Part shown: positions 47,072 to 62,140 of the stretch, piece by piece
How positions within the stretch are numbered: the stretch's first letter is position 1
How the letters are laid out: each line of letters begins with the position of its first letter
From: the human T2T-CHM13v2.0 reference genome, Homo sapiens
DNA length: 64,000 bases
Assembly: GCF_009914755.1 (NCBI RefSeq)
Contig: NC_060937.1
Direction: 5' to 3' (one strand)
The notes under the pieces: generated by a model
Database searches by the model: none
Told to the model about the DNA's origin: nothing
What the model saw: only the letters and a program-made list of their open reading frames with translations
Made by a program: the position numbers and the translations under genes

Positions 47072-47812
47072 ATTTTTTAATTGTATACATTTATGGAGTA
47101 CAAGTACAGTTTTGCTACATACATTGATTTCATAGTGGTGAAGTTGTGGCTTTTAGGGTATCCATCACCTAAATAGTTTAAGTTGTTATTCGTTAAGTAC
47201 TTTCCTATCACCTAGTCCATACCTTTACAAGCCTCCAATGTCTATCATTCTGTGCTGTATGTCCATATGTACACATGAGTTAGCTCCCATTTATAAGTGA
47301 GAACTTGTGGTTTTTGACTTTGTTTCTGATTTGTTTCACTTAAGATAGTGGCCTCCAGTTCCATCCGTGTTGCCGCAAAAGACACGATTTCATTCTTTTT
47401 GTGGCTAAGTAGTATTCCATCGTCTATAAATACCACATTTTCTTTATCCAATAGTCCAGGGGTGGACACTCAGGTTGATTCCATGTCTTTGCTATTGTGA
47501 ATGTGCTGCAATAAACACACGAGGGCAGGCATCTTTTTGATATAATGATTTATTTTCCTTTGGGAAGATACCAAGTAGTGGGATTTTTGGATCAAATCGT
47601 AGTTCTGTTTTTAGTTCTTTGAGAAATATCCATACTGTTTTCCATAAAAGTTGTACTAAGTTACCTTCCCGCCAACAAGGTGTAAAGTTCCCTTATCTCT
47701 GCATCTTCACCAACATTTTTTTTTAACAATAGCCATTCTGACAGGAGTAAGATGATATCTCTTTGTGGTTTTGACTTGCATTTCTCTGATGATTAGTGAT
47801 GTTGGGCATTTA
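47072..47812 (-). mobile_element. L1MA/L1PB-type 3' fragment
   Basis: ttagctcccatttataagtgagaac...gctattgtgaat...tgcatttctctgatgattagtgatgttg. Confidence 0.88.
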
Positions 47813-48319
47813 AAACTGAAAATATCTCGAAGGTGGCATCTTCGACTTACAGTTCTTATACCACATTTGCATTCTCATTTGAAAACAGCTGATAATAAAA
47901 TGTGGAAGAAAACCTCAAAAAATGCAATTACATTCTGGAATTTTAAAATTTGGCAGGGATCTTGTCCTGTTACCTCATTTAAAGAGAGACTTGAACTGTC
48001 CCAGTTAAAACAATGTTTAGGGGCTAAGTTTGGAGAAGAGCCTACGTCTTAACTTACGAGAACACCATTGATAGATGTGGTCTTTGCATTCTGAGGGGTT
48101 TACCTTTTTCCCATGGCAGTCAAATTTACCTGCTTTTCAAAAGTCCCAACTTCTGGATTAACATAAACACCAAATTAATATTTTAGAATAAGAAATTAGT
48201 CCACAATGCATTGTAAGAAAGTCTCTAATCTTTCTCTCAAATTCAGGACAATACTGGAAATATTATTTTCCCAAATAACTCCAGTGAAATTATGATATGA
48301 ATTCTTTAATTTGTTCATT

Positions 48320-49001
48320 CTTTTAACATCACATATTCTTTATTGAGGGTCTACTATGAGCCAGGAATGACGCTTGCTCTTGAGAGTACAGGAGTAACAA
48401 GGGAACAAGGTGCCTGTCTTAAACATTGATATACTTATGTGGTATACTAGTTCATGGAATGGTATATACTCACTAATGCATTTCTACAAATATTTTTATG
48501 CATGTCATGCATAAAATCTTAGCTTTCAGTGAGTTCTGTGATGAAGTAAGTAAACAATACTATAGAAACTCACATGGGGGATGCCCCACCTAGTCTAATG
48601 GACCCTGAGAGCAGTGTAGAGTAAAATTGCAGGGGAAATCTGCAGGTTCCGTCCTTGCAAGAACACTGCATAAAATCCTGGAAAGTGATTGTGGTGTTCA
48701 GAATGGTGATGAAGGAAATGAAGAAAATATTCATGGTAGAATTTGGCGTTGAAACCAATAGTAATATTGATATTTTAATACAGATGTTAAAGAAGATGGA
48801 GGGCGAGTTTAAGAATGACTTCCAGATGGGAGGGATGGTGCAGTTTACCATGAAAGCAAACACCAGTTAACGAAATCTTTTTGTGTGAGAGGGCCACGAG
48901 TTCCTTTTAGGATGTGTTAGGGTCAGGGTCCCTAGAAGACATCCACTTTGAGAAGTCTAAGAGACAGCTGGTCCTGGAACTCAGGGGAGAGAGAAAAGGA
49001 G

Positions 49002-49042
<41 letters not shown>

Positions 49043-49100
49043 GTGTATGTATAGTGACAGAAGTCCTGGAGTAAATCAGATTAACCCATGGAAATGTGTA
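48320..49100 (-). mobile_element. L2 LINE fragments
   Basis: tttattgagggtctactatgagccagg...aagaatgactt ccag...gagacagctgg...ctggaactcaggggaga. Confidence 0.6.
49004..49041. repeat. (GT)n microsatellite
   Basis: About 19 GT units. Confidence 0.96.
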
Positions 49101-52100
49101 ATCTGAAATAAGAAAGAAAATTTGAGATAGTCCAAAGTAAACCAATTAAGAGATTTTTCGAGAAAAAGGCTACAAAAAAGACCGATAAACTCGATTCAAA
49201 AGGAAAGCCAGATGTTTGTATGGTCATGAAAGTCAAGAGAAAAATAAATTGAGAGTTTTTTTGTGGAAATGGGAGTGATATCATTCCAGGAGAAGCTAGC
49301 CATTCCAGCACAGAGACACAAACTCTGAAATAAAGTTGCGAACTGCAGCCTCAGCACAAACATGAAGACAGATTCAACTTTGTGAGCTTTCTCCCTCCTA
49401 TGTACATACATTTTACTGTGTGAAACATTATAATAGGAAAAGAATGTTTTAGACTAAAGAAAGCAAAAGAAATATAGGTGTTGGTGCCATAATGTGGTAG
49501 AGATGAAGTACACATTCGGGACATCAATGCGACACATTGAGAGACAGAAAATAGCAACTGCTCATATTTTTAATTTGTTGGTAAACAGACCTGGAAAGGG
49601 CTGTATATCCTCAGAGCAGATATAGAGTGTTCATATTAGAAAAATATGCTTTGTAAAAAGCAGAGTAAACAGACTGCTATTGAAGAATAATTAAATGAAT
49701 TATTAATGAGGTAAGTGGGCACCGGCTGGTTTCATTCAAGGCTTTAGTCAATAAATAAATAAATACCAAATACTTACCTGTGGTACGTATCAGGGGAGAT
49801 GACTGGCTTAGTAGGAAATGCAATATAAATGACTCAAAATTATGTTGAATTTAGCCTAACCATATGGGGCTCTTTACTAGCCCTGGAACCCATGATTTCT
49901 TTTCTTAGCTTTTTCTCAGAAGCACTTACTCAGTAGACTTCCTTGTGAAATTGTATCTTTTAATTGGATGGTTGACCTTTAATTATATTCTGGCCATTAA
50001 TTGATTCAAATGTCACTCAAGCTGGCTCCCCAGAAAATCGTTCGCTTGCCTAAAGTTTTACTCCTCACCTCTGAATTTAGTAGATTTGAAACTTGAAACT
50101 ATGGACACAACAGAACAGTCATACACTTTCATCTTGTTTCACAGTTTTGTTCATTTTGAGAAATATTTTCTCAATAAATATAACATGTTTATTGCAGAAA
50201 ATTGAAAAATACCTAAACATGTAAATAATACAATTCAGAATCACACATAATTTCATCACATAGAGATAATCATTGAATCTTTTGATGTATTTCTTAATCA
50301 GTCTCTCTCCACTCTCCCTCTTCCACACACATAGGTAAATCATACAAAAAGTAGGTGTCATGCATATCTGTATAGCCTATCCTTTCATATGCATTTTCTG
50401 CACTTCTCCAGGCCTTAAGATTTTCTTCTCAACATGATTTTTAATGGTATGCAGTTGCATTATATAAATATCATTAAGTATTGTTAATTAATAATTTTTC
50501 ACTACTTTTATATACATTTTTACTACTTTTTTCTAATGTTATTACACTATTCTATTATGACAAAACTATTTTCACACATGGTGTTATTGCTTTTCACTTC
50601 AGATTTTTATCTGTCATACATACCCATGTTCTAAAAGTCAGGTCATCCCCAGAGCTTGTTGGAAAATAACAATATTCCCTTCAGTGCTTCCCTTCTGAAT
50701 TTTGTTTCTAGATACAGTAACTTTCAACTCTTTTAGATGGTTCTCCTGGGTTTTTTACTCATTTTACACTAAATAATTATGCTTCTGTTGCTACACCATG
50801 ACTTTCTGTCTGCAGTATGGAGGATGGGATGGCTCTGTTCACACATCTCATCCCCATCAGATACACACGCTTTGCCCGGGGACCCATCCTCCCCTTTTCA
50901 CCATGGCAAACGTTTTACTGTCAATATGTGGGGACTTCTGAGTATGACTGTAAATCCTTTTTGCATCCTACTCACTTAGGATTATTCCCTTTTGTTACCT
51001 TTTCTTTCTTACACATTTAGTTTTGTTATTTCGTGTGGCAGCGTGTTCTACATCACTATTTATGTTTCCTGAGGTCATAAGTACTGACCTCCGGCAGTTT
51101 ACAAAGGGAGCTTTAGGAATGTGTTCAATATATAATTCAACTGCTATAAGATTTTAAATGGCTGTAATAAAGGTTTTACATTTTTATGACCATAAAAATG
51201 TGTCATCACAAACATCTCAAAGAATATTTTAGCCATTTATTATGGATAAAATTATTATTTATTAGGGCTTGGTACATAGTTCCTTAATGAATAAATGGAC
51301 TCCCCACCATATAACCTCCTACATTATCTGCCAAAAATCTAGAACCTAAAGGGATACTGTGTGCTTCTAGTTTTTTCTCTGTGAAAACAGTGGGAACCTG
51401 TGGGAAGTCTCTGTTGGAGACCAGAGAGGCATGACTCTGCTCATTCCCCTTTGCTTCTTGATCACGAACAGATGGAAGCTCAGCAGTTATCTGGTTGATT
51501 TGACTCAAGTACGATAGAGATAGCCTGTCCTGAGATGTTCATTCGCTGCTGGTTATCAAGAATAATTCCCTCGTTTATTTTCTGCAGGTGCACATGCTAC
51601 CTGGCAGCCTCTCCCCTGACTGCCATGGGGCCTTCAACTGTGACATGTGTCATCTGAGCTTTGGGAAAAGAGATAGCAGTTCAATGGCTTTGGGTAGAGA
51701 GGTTTAAGCATTTCTTTACCAGTTCCAATTAGTGGCTTAAATTTCAGAGCAAGGGGGGTTGCTTTTGGAATGACCCTTATAAAATCGCCTTCATACCAAT
51801 TGCCTGCATCAACAACAGTAAAGAATGTAACATTTTACAAGGCAGAGCGGGTAAATAGCGCCCAACAAGATGTGCGTCTGTTATTACTGACTGCATTTGG
51901 TTGCCTTTTGGGGTCTTTGTCTAATATTCATTTTCAGTCATTTTCAGGGTTTTTCTTTTAAAGACTCATAGGTTTGCTTGTCTTTTTATGAAAACAGTTT
52001 GCTGGCTTTGGCCTGATTCATTTGAAGGTTTAACAGCTCTTTGGAGTTTGTCCTTGAAGATAAAGGGCAGAGCTGTGAAAAATGCTCTTTTCATTCTCAC

Positions 52101-52260
52101 AGATTTGGTTGTAAGCAATAGAGAAAGCTCTGCAGTGGTTTTCTGGGTGAGTAGCTGGGATACACACTTTAAAAACTAAGTAGGGAATTGCCTGGAAATA
52201 GATAAATTGAATACATGTTTTGAAGATGTCTTTCAGAGGTACCTGCAGGTTTCTACTTGA

Positions 52261-52617
<357 letters not shown>

Positions 52618-54236
52618 TGTATCTGGGTATTTTTTTAAGAAACACATTTATAAAGGGCTCTTTTATACATCTCAGGACATGGTACATTTTTTTCAATAAA
52701 GGTAGTGATAGAGGGCATTTTGTTATTTGTTCTGGTCTGCTGTAAACACTGCACTAGAAATTGTTAACATGGTTGGGTCTCAGTATTCTGGGAATACCAT
52801 TTGCAAGCATTTCTTGCCTTTAATTGAAATTATGTTATTTCCCCATTGCCAGTTTTGTTAAATACATTGATGGTAAGAGTGAAGGGAAGAAGGCAGGTAA
52901 TCAAACCAAATCTACTGCCTTCAACATTTCCTGGAGCCCTAGGCTGAGCATTTTCCAGTCTCCCTTCCTATTTTATTCCAATACATGTTTTTCAGAATAT
53001 GAATTTTTACACTTAGCCCCAAAGTGTGCAGTCAGAGAGGAATGTGTGGTTTGATATATTGGTTCATGATTGTCTTTGCAAAAATACACTTTAATATGGT
53101 ATTCTTTCCCTTACCACTGTTTTATTCATGTAGCAACAATTTGTTAGCTGCGTACTGTATTGCCAAGTAATGGGCTGGGTATTTCATGGGCTTATACTGA
53201 CCATTTACTGCAATGTGCATTAAATACTAACAGTTGTCTGTAGTTTGCAAATGGAAGCATAGAGTGAAGTGATCTGCTCCAATTGCAGAACCAGCGAGTA
53301 ATAAACCTGAGATTCCAGCCCAGGCTTCTCAGACTCCAAGCCTTATTCCTTTTCACTATGCCATGTGTCATCTTCTCCCTCTTTTCCTCTCTGTCCGTTT
53401 GAATCTTTTCCTACCGCCCCTGGTTCCAGCACTCCTCGGCTCCTTTGTGTTCCTATTACTCAGCTCTTGGAGTTTCCATATTCCATTTTCTAATAGTTTC
53501 ATCAGCCTACTGCCTTGATGAATGCAAGGTAGTAGAAAATACAAGATGAAACTGTTATGAGCTGTTTCCATGTAGGAAGCCTCACTTAGACTTCTTGTTC
53601 TCTTCTAAATAGCTGTTTCTTTCTTTGGGATCTGCATTTCTTCTAGAATGGCAACTTTTGTTGTTTAATTAATGAGACTGCATGAATAGCTGAGCAGTGA
53701 ATATTGTTGAATTTCCAAAACATAGAATAATTTTGGTCAAATTAATTTGAAAATATAATATTTGAAAAGATCTTAAACTACTTTTGTAAGTTCAGGGCTT
53801 TTCCAAGATCTTAATATGCTAACATGCCCCAAAACCTTATAGGACACAGACATAGTGTAAAATATTTTCCAATATATGTCTTTGAAGTGAGTTTTAATAA
53901 AACAATTAATGTGATGCATTTGATGAGCATATTTGAGGAAAACATAATGAAAATGAAGTTAAATTATATTCGTCTTATGGTTTATAATGTCTGAACACTC
54001 AGCCGTTCCAAACAGCTTGGGCTTAAAATTGACAAGTACTTTTTAATATTAGTAACAAGCACAACCCTAATATTTAAATAAATAGCCAAACCCCTTGACC
54101 AGATAATTTATGAAAGAAGAAATCAAATGGCCATGAACATGTGAAGAAATAGGTAGCTTTTCCTGGAATTAAAGATGCTAACTAAAAACTGTTCTAATAT
54201 ATTATCAGTAATATAAATATGTTAGTTAATATTATT

Positions 54237-54313
54237 AATAATGTATTTATTCACTTACAGTTATTTCCTCAGCACCCAAAGGATATTCTCTCACAGATCT
54301 TGCAATCCAGGAG
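54237..54313 (+). repeat. 77-bp dispersed duplicate of 55874-55950 (one mismatch)
   Basis: aataatgtatttattcacttacagttatttcct(c/a)agcacccaaaggatattctctcacagatcttgcaatccaggag. Confidence 0.95.
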
Positions 54314-54319
54314 GGTATA

Positions 54320-55035
54320 CTATCAGTTAGTAAACATATGTGTGTTTAAAACATTGAATAGTAACCATCGCTGGGAGGAAATGAGAACGGTAAGGGAATA
54401 TGAAGTGAGGTGTGAGGGAAAGAAGCCCTTGGACGAGTGGCTCTAGGAAGAAGCTGTAAAGGAACAAGCAATTCCAAGACACCCTTGGTGGCACCAGGAT
54501 GGGCCAGAGAGGTTGGGACAGAAGGGACAAAGTCAGTGGGAGCCACGTGTGTGAGGGACAGGAGAAGATCTGTGTGGCCAGAATGGAGCACGCTAGAGGC
54601 TGGTGGAAGTGTGAAGTTCAGAGAGAGGGTTGGGAGCAGAAGGCTGAATCCACAGAGACACTTGAAAACCAAGGGAAAGGGGAGCTTTCATTCTGGGGAT
54701 CATGGTGGATTTTGACTGAGAGGGGGAGGCAATGAAAAGTGTCTTTTAAACATCCCTCTGGCTATTCTGTGAAAAATTAACTCTGCAAAAGGTTTTGAGG
54801 TGGGGCTGTGGTTTTGATAAACTAGAAGCAAGTAAACCTGTTAAGCAACCGCTAGAGCAATCTGAGCAAGACCGGGTGGTTCTGGAATAACAGATTAGAA
54901 AGACAGTTGGTGAGAACGGTCAGGTATGATTCATCAGGAAGGAAAGAGGAGGCCAAACTCGCCGATTGATTTGACAAGTATGGCAAGAGAGAGAAATCAA
55001 GAATTTCCTTATCTGGGGCTAAGTAACTAGGTGGT
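54320..55035 (-). mobile_element. L2 LINE fragment
   Basis: Purine-rich L2-like body, e.g. tgtgtggccagaatggagc, ctctggctattctgtgaaaa and gagagagaaatcaagaat. Confidence 0.5.
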
Positions 55036-56552
55036 TAAAAAGTCAGTGAGGCGGAGGCACTGAGCACTTAAGCAGAATGTATTAAGCACCCTAATAATTT
55101 TATATGATTTGGTATAATAGTAATTCTAGTGATGGAAACGCTTTAAATGTGGTAAAGGGAAATGTTGCCTAGATATATGTATAATAATGTTATTTATAGT
55201 AATGATGTATAAAAATCAATGTGTAAAAATAAAATGGCTAAGTGAATTGGTATATAAATGTAATGGAATGTGGCGTAGTAATTTAGGTACTGCCTAGTGA
55301 CACGGGAAAGAAAATTTTGATGATAAACTACTAAAAAATGATTATATAAAACTATAGGCATGTAATATTCTCAATTTATTTTCAATAAATGCACTCAATA
55401 AATATTTTCAATAAATGAATATGCATTGAATGCTTACAGCATGTCTCTGAACACATAAAAAATAAACTCATTGAAATATTAATAGTATTTACCTTTGGAG
55501 AGATTAGAAATTTGTTTTATTTTATTTTTACTGTCTTTAAATTTTCAGATAACTGTATTAATGTAATAATTTTAAAAGCTTTAAAAAAGCAATATTTTAT
55601 AAAAGCAAATTATATAAACTGGTAACTTTTCTAAACTTTCTGTAAAATATATATTAAATACACAATTTCCTCATCGGGATGTTTTAAAATTATGAGGCAT
55701 TCGTGCCTTTTAAAAAATCTGTGAACTCCTCCTCAGCAATATCTCCCAAACTGTCACATTAGCCTCTCTGATCATGGCTGCTTGCCTTTTCCAGTTCATA
55801 TCTTAAAGCTCAAAGTTACCACCTCATAACTCTCTTTGGGGGCATGTACATAGGAAAATGAAGCCACTGAGGAAATAATGTATTTATTCACTTACAGTTA
55901 TTTCCTAAGCACCCAAAGGATATTCTCTCACAGATCTTGCAATCCAGGAGAGCCCAGGTGAGAAAATAAGAACCATTTCCAATATAAATTCCAACATAAA
56001 GAACTTTTCTCACATAATGACAACGACTACACATTCGAATGTGGTGAGATCAGCCCCTACCTAGACAACAAGTCTAGGTCATCCACTAACCAAAGAACAC
56101 TCTCACTGGTTACAAAACAAGTTTTCTAAAATGGAGTGAGCTATAGGCTAGTGGAAATGATGAGATTGGAAAGAGTTGGGTCCAGATGAAGTGGATACTT
56201 GTAAACCTCTAGTATCACAATGCAATTCCCTGTGTTATTAACATAAAAGCTTGCAAAATGCTAATGGCGTATTTTCTGATCTAAAGTGTATATATTTAGG
56301 ACTATAAAGGGGAGGACTATAAAAACAGAGGACTGTCCTCTCAGTGGGGAGAGGTAGGGCGTAGAGGATAGTTCTCACTTTATCAGTCTATGTCTATATA
56401 GATATATACACGGGGGGAGAGGGTAGTCCTCACTTTTTTCTATTAGCGCATGAATACAAAATTTGCTACGGAGAGAGAAAAACTATGTAAGCATAAAACA
56501 TCCACTCATAGAGCTTATTTTCTACTTTTCCTTTTATGTGAGATGCCATCAT

Positions 56553-57745
<1,193 letters not shown>

Positions 57746-58123
57746 TTGAAGGAGACTAAAGAGAAAGGACCTCAAATGCAATGGGTGATCCTGAATTACA
57801 TCCTAAGCCTTGGAAAAAAAAAATGCGATCAAGTGCATACTTGGAAAAAAATAATGAAATTTGAATGTTAACTGTGGTTTAAGTAATTCAACATGTTGAT
57901 GCTGAATTTTCTGGTTTTGATCACTGTTGTGTAAGAGAATATCCTTGTTCTTATAAAATACATACTAAAATATTTAGGGATAAAGAAGCATGATGCCTGT
58001 AACCCGCTTTCAAGCAGTTCAAAAATTGTGCATGTGTGTCGGGGGAGGATAAAAAAGAAAAGGGAGGAGGAGAGAGAGCATGAACAAAAATAGGGGAAAA
58101 TATAAATGATGGGTGAGTTTGGA

Positions 58124-58498
58124 TGTCTTAGTCTGTTTGGGCTGTTATAACAAAACACTATAAACTGGGTGGCTTATAAACAACAGAACCTTATTTCTCA
58201 CAGTTCTGAAGGCTGGGAAATCCAAGATCAAGTGCCAGATTTGATGTTTGGTGAAAGCCCACTTCCTAGTCTTCATAGTTGGCTATCTTCGTACTGTATC
58301 CTTACATGGTAGAAAAGGCGAGGGAGCCGTTTAGGGTCTCTTTTATAAAGGCACCAATCCCAATCCTGAGAGCTTCACCCTCATGACTTGACCATCTTCC
58401 AAAGGCCCCACCTTCTGACATCATAATCCTGGAAGTTAAAATGTTAGCATATAAATTTGGGGCAGTATCTCTATACATGTAAACATATAGTCCGTTGT
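58124..58498 (-). mobile_element. MLT1A/MST-type MaLR LTR
   Basis: tgtcttagtctgtttgggctgttataacaaaacactataaactgggtggcttataaacaacaga. Confidence 0.88.
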
Positions 58499-58514
58499 AT
58501 TAGATAAAGAGTAT

Positions 58515-58955
58515 TGTGATAGTTTCTTAAGGTTGCCATAATAGAATACCACAAACTAGATGGCTTCAAACAATAGAAATTTATTCTCGTATAGTTTTGG
58601 AGGCTAGAAGTCTGAAATCAAGATGTCAGCACTGTGATTCCTCTAAAATCTCTAGGGGGACTCCCTCTCTCACATCTTCAAGATCCTGGTAGCCCCAGGT
58701 CTTCCTCAGCTTGTGACAGCATCACCCCAATCTCTGCCTTCATCCTCACGTGGCTGCCTTCCCTCTGCGTGTGTGTCCATTTTCAAATTTCTCTCTTCTT
58801 ACAAGGATACTAGTCAGATTGGATTAAGGCCCATCCTACTCCAGTGTGACTCATCTTAACTAATTACATCTGCAGTGATCCTATTTCCAAATAAAGCCAC
58901 ATTCACAGGTACTTGGGGGTAAGGCTTAAATATATCTTTCAGTTCAAACCATAAC
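58515..58955 (-). mobile_element. MLT1B/C-type MaLR LTR
   Basis: ggttgccataatagaataccacaaactagatggcttcaaacaatagaaatttattctc...ttcaaaccataaca. Confidence 0.88.
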
Positions 58956-59114
58956 AGGTACATAGGGGTTCTTTGCATTACTCTTGCAACTTTCCATAAA
59001 TTTGAAATTATATTTTAAAAAGTTACCAAAATGTGTTAGCATGTAAAAAAAAAAGTGGCCTTTGTTTCCTAAAATGCCATTAGATAGATAATTCACACTT
59101 AAAATGTGATTATT

Positions 59115-59377
<263 letters not shown>

Positions 59378-59514
59378 CTATAACTAAATGAAACAATTGA
59401 CAAGTATATTCTTGGAGATTAAATTGTTATATAACATAAACCAATAAATTCTTGGGGAAATATACACCTCTTGGTTCATATGCCATATGGCATGTGGTAA
59501 ATTAAATTTCCATT

Positions 59515-59568
59515 TGTAGGGAATGATATATTTGAGTTTCATGTGGGGAATGATATATTTGAGTTTCA
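59515..59568. repeat. 27-bp tandem duplication
   Basis: tgt(a/g)gggaatgatatatttgagtttca x2. Confidence 0.93.
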
Positions 59569-61984
59569 TCTCCAACACTCCAGAAACATAGTTTAGGACA
59601 AATTGGAAGTTAAGCAGTCTTCCAGTTTCAATAATTAGACAAGAAATTTGCTCAGGGCTCCCTATAGGAACTATGCAGTCTTCAGCTGCAGAAAGTATTT
59701 GAGGGGTTGCATTGATTTTGCACATATAACATTGATTAATTTTATTTCTCTGATGAAAATCAATTATGATGTGATTGATTTTTTTTTTCGGAGCCAAACT
59801 TAGAGACGTGCCTTACAGTCTATGTTGTACAGATACAGCATTTTTTTATTGAGCTGCATAAGGTTTTTCTAAATTTGGAATTACTTCTTTCACTAAGACA
59901 AAGGCTAACAAGTACTGTCAGTATGAGAAATTTCACATCTAGTGATTAGATGTAAGAATATATATTATGAAGATATTACATGTACGTGCACACACATGTG
60001 CACAAACCCTTAAGGTTTAGGCTGTTAGTAGGCACCAAATATCAATATGTTCTCTTACATCATGAGAAAGTATATATGTTTTTCATTTATTCTCACTTTC
60101 AGTATCCTTTTCACACACCCACTTCCTAATCCATATGTTCTTATAAAGTACAGCATTCAGTCGTTTAAAAATATTACTTAAGATTTAGAAAATGTAGAGT
60201 GATTGCTAATGCTATTGTTCCTGTATTATGAAGTAAGTTTAGGCTTGGATATTTGTTTTATATTGAAAATCTTCTCTGAAACCCTCAACTCCCCCTGCTT
60301 CTCATCCTCTGAAATAAAACAACCATGTGTATGGTCAAATACACACACCAATACATGAAATTAACATCAGCGTGAATGTTTAGTGTGGCTCTTCATTCTG
60401 TACAGAAAATATTGATCCATTTACTCAAGGAATCAATATGGACAGTGATTCAGAATCATTTTTCTCTCAGTTTTTTTATTCACAGCTGAAAAATTATATA
60501 CTGGAGTCTTTCTTCAGAGGAATGAAATTTGAAATGTAAAAAGAACATTTTTAAAAGATATTTTAAAATATCAAGTTTGTATTTTGGAAGAGAAAAATTA
60601 TATTGTAGAACACATAGATTTTTTAATTCTCATTATAAATGGGCAATGTCAAAAGAAATTATTGAATCTGATTGTTTTCATTTCACAAAATTTAGTAGAT
60701 AGATTTGCTATGCCTGAGTGGTTCAAAATGGAGTTTTGGTTTTTTTTAAATAAAAGCTAACATAATACCTTATAAATGCTACTGATTCCTAACCTCGTGG
60801 GTCATATCACCTTTGATATGCTGAAAACTAGATTTTCTGAGGTTTTCTGACATTTGGATGAAGTCTTGCTTTGCAACTCATCAGCTCCTTAGTTCCAGTG
60901 GGACCCATTACCAGCTAAAATTGCGCATTTACTTCTAAGTTAGCTAGAGTGATGCCAAAAATCAGCTGTGGGTCTTCTGAGCGGTGCACACAGTAATCTC
61001 AATGTGCAGTACAAGTAAGGAACCTGAAATGCAATTAATTCATTCAACGGGAAGAATTATGGTGTTTGCACATGTGCGAGGGTGAGACATTAATCAAGTT
61101 TTCTGGGGCTCTTTGGAGTATTCGAAGCACGTCACCTTAGCTTTGTCCTCTATCATGCCTTCGTCCAGTGCAAAAATGGGTTTGAAATCCCTGAGTCTCA
61201 AAGGGGCGGGTTTTGCCTATACAACTTCCATGAATTGTTATAACCTGAGAAACAGCAAAAGCTTCACTTGGTAAAATATTTTACTCTAGCCTGCCAAGGA
61301 ATCTACATTCCCAGCTTCAAAGAATCCCCTTTGTATCAAGGTGTTATCTCCAAATGCAAATATTTTACACAATTGTGGGAAATATCATGGCCAGCTTTCC
61401 TAAGGACACTTACCTTTTTCACAACAGGGCATGGGAAGAATCTGTTTTTATTCATGGAGGCGAGACAGAGGACTCTGCACATAGCATGAATTGGGAAGTC
61501 AGGGGCATCCAGAAAAAAGCATGGGAAACTAAGGCATAGATTACATAGAGAGGTGGATACAGAGAGACACCACTGGCCTAGTCTAGAAGATTCCAGAGGC
61601 CCACTGTTAACACCATTCCACAAGCTCTAGACCTTTTGACCTCAGTTCACACCTCCTTGGTATAGTTAGCTACCTAATGAATGGCGGATGGCGGCTCAAG
61701 CTTTGCCATAGGCACAGTAAGCATTTCGATTATTTCCTATATTCCTTAATGGAGTATTATGCCAATGGGTGTCTGTCTGTACATGCGTGTATCCTTATCT
61801 GTAGCACTCCAATAAAACTGCTTCAAATAGGCACCTACAATGCCCTCCTGAGTTTTAATATCAGGAAAACTGGATATTTTTAAAAAGACACACTGGCCAT
61901 TTTGCAGGTTGCACTATAGCCTATTATCTAAAGCCTGATACAGAGCTATCCTTGCACCAGTAATATATTATCAAGATTTTTTAT

Positions 61985-62140
61985 ACTTTACCAGCATTAA
62001 CCCGTTTTATCTTCACAACAACTCTGGGAGAATTAAAGACAGAGAGGGCAAGCAGTTTCTCCAAGGTCACGTGACTGTTAAGTTTTGAGCAGAGATTTGA
62101 ACTGGATTTGTGTCCTTAAACGCTCAGCTATGCTGCCTCT
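61985..62140 (-). mobile_element. MIR SINE
   Basis: atcttcacaacaactctg...ccaaggtcac...gagcagagatttgaact. Confidence 0.65.

Larger units (their letters stand above)
57746..59030 (+). mobile_element. Old L1M 3'UTR fragment split by two MaLR LTRs
   Basis: ttgtgtaagagaatatccttgttctt...aaatatttaggg, resuming ggtacataggggttctttgcattactcttgcaacttt. Confidence 0.6.
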
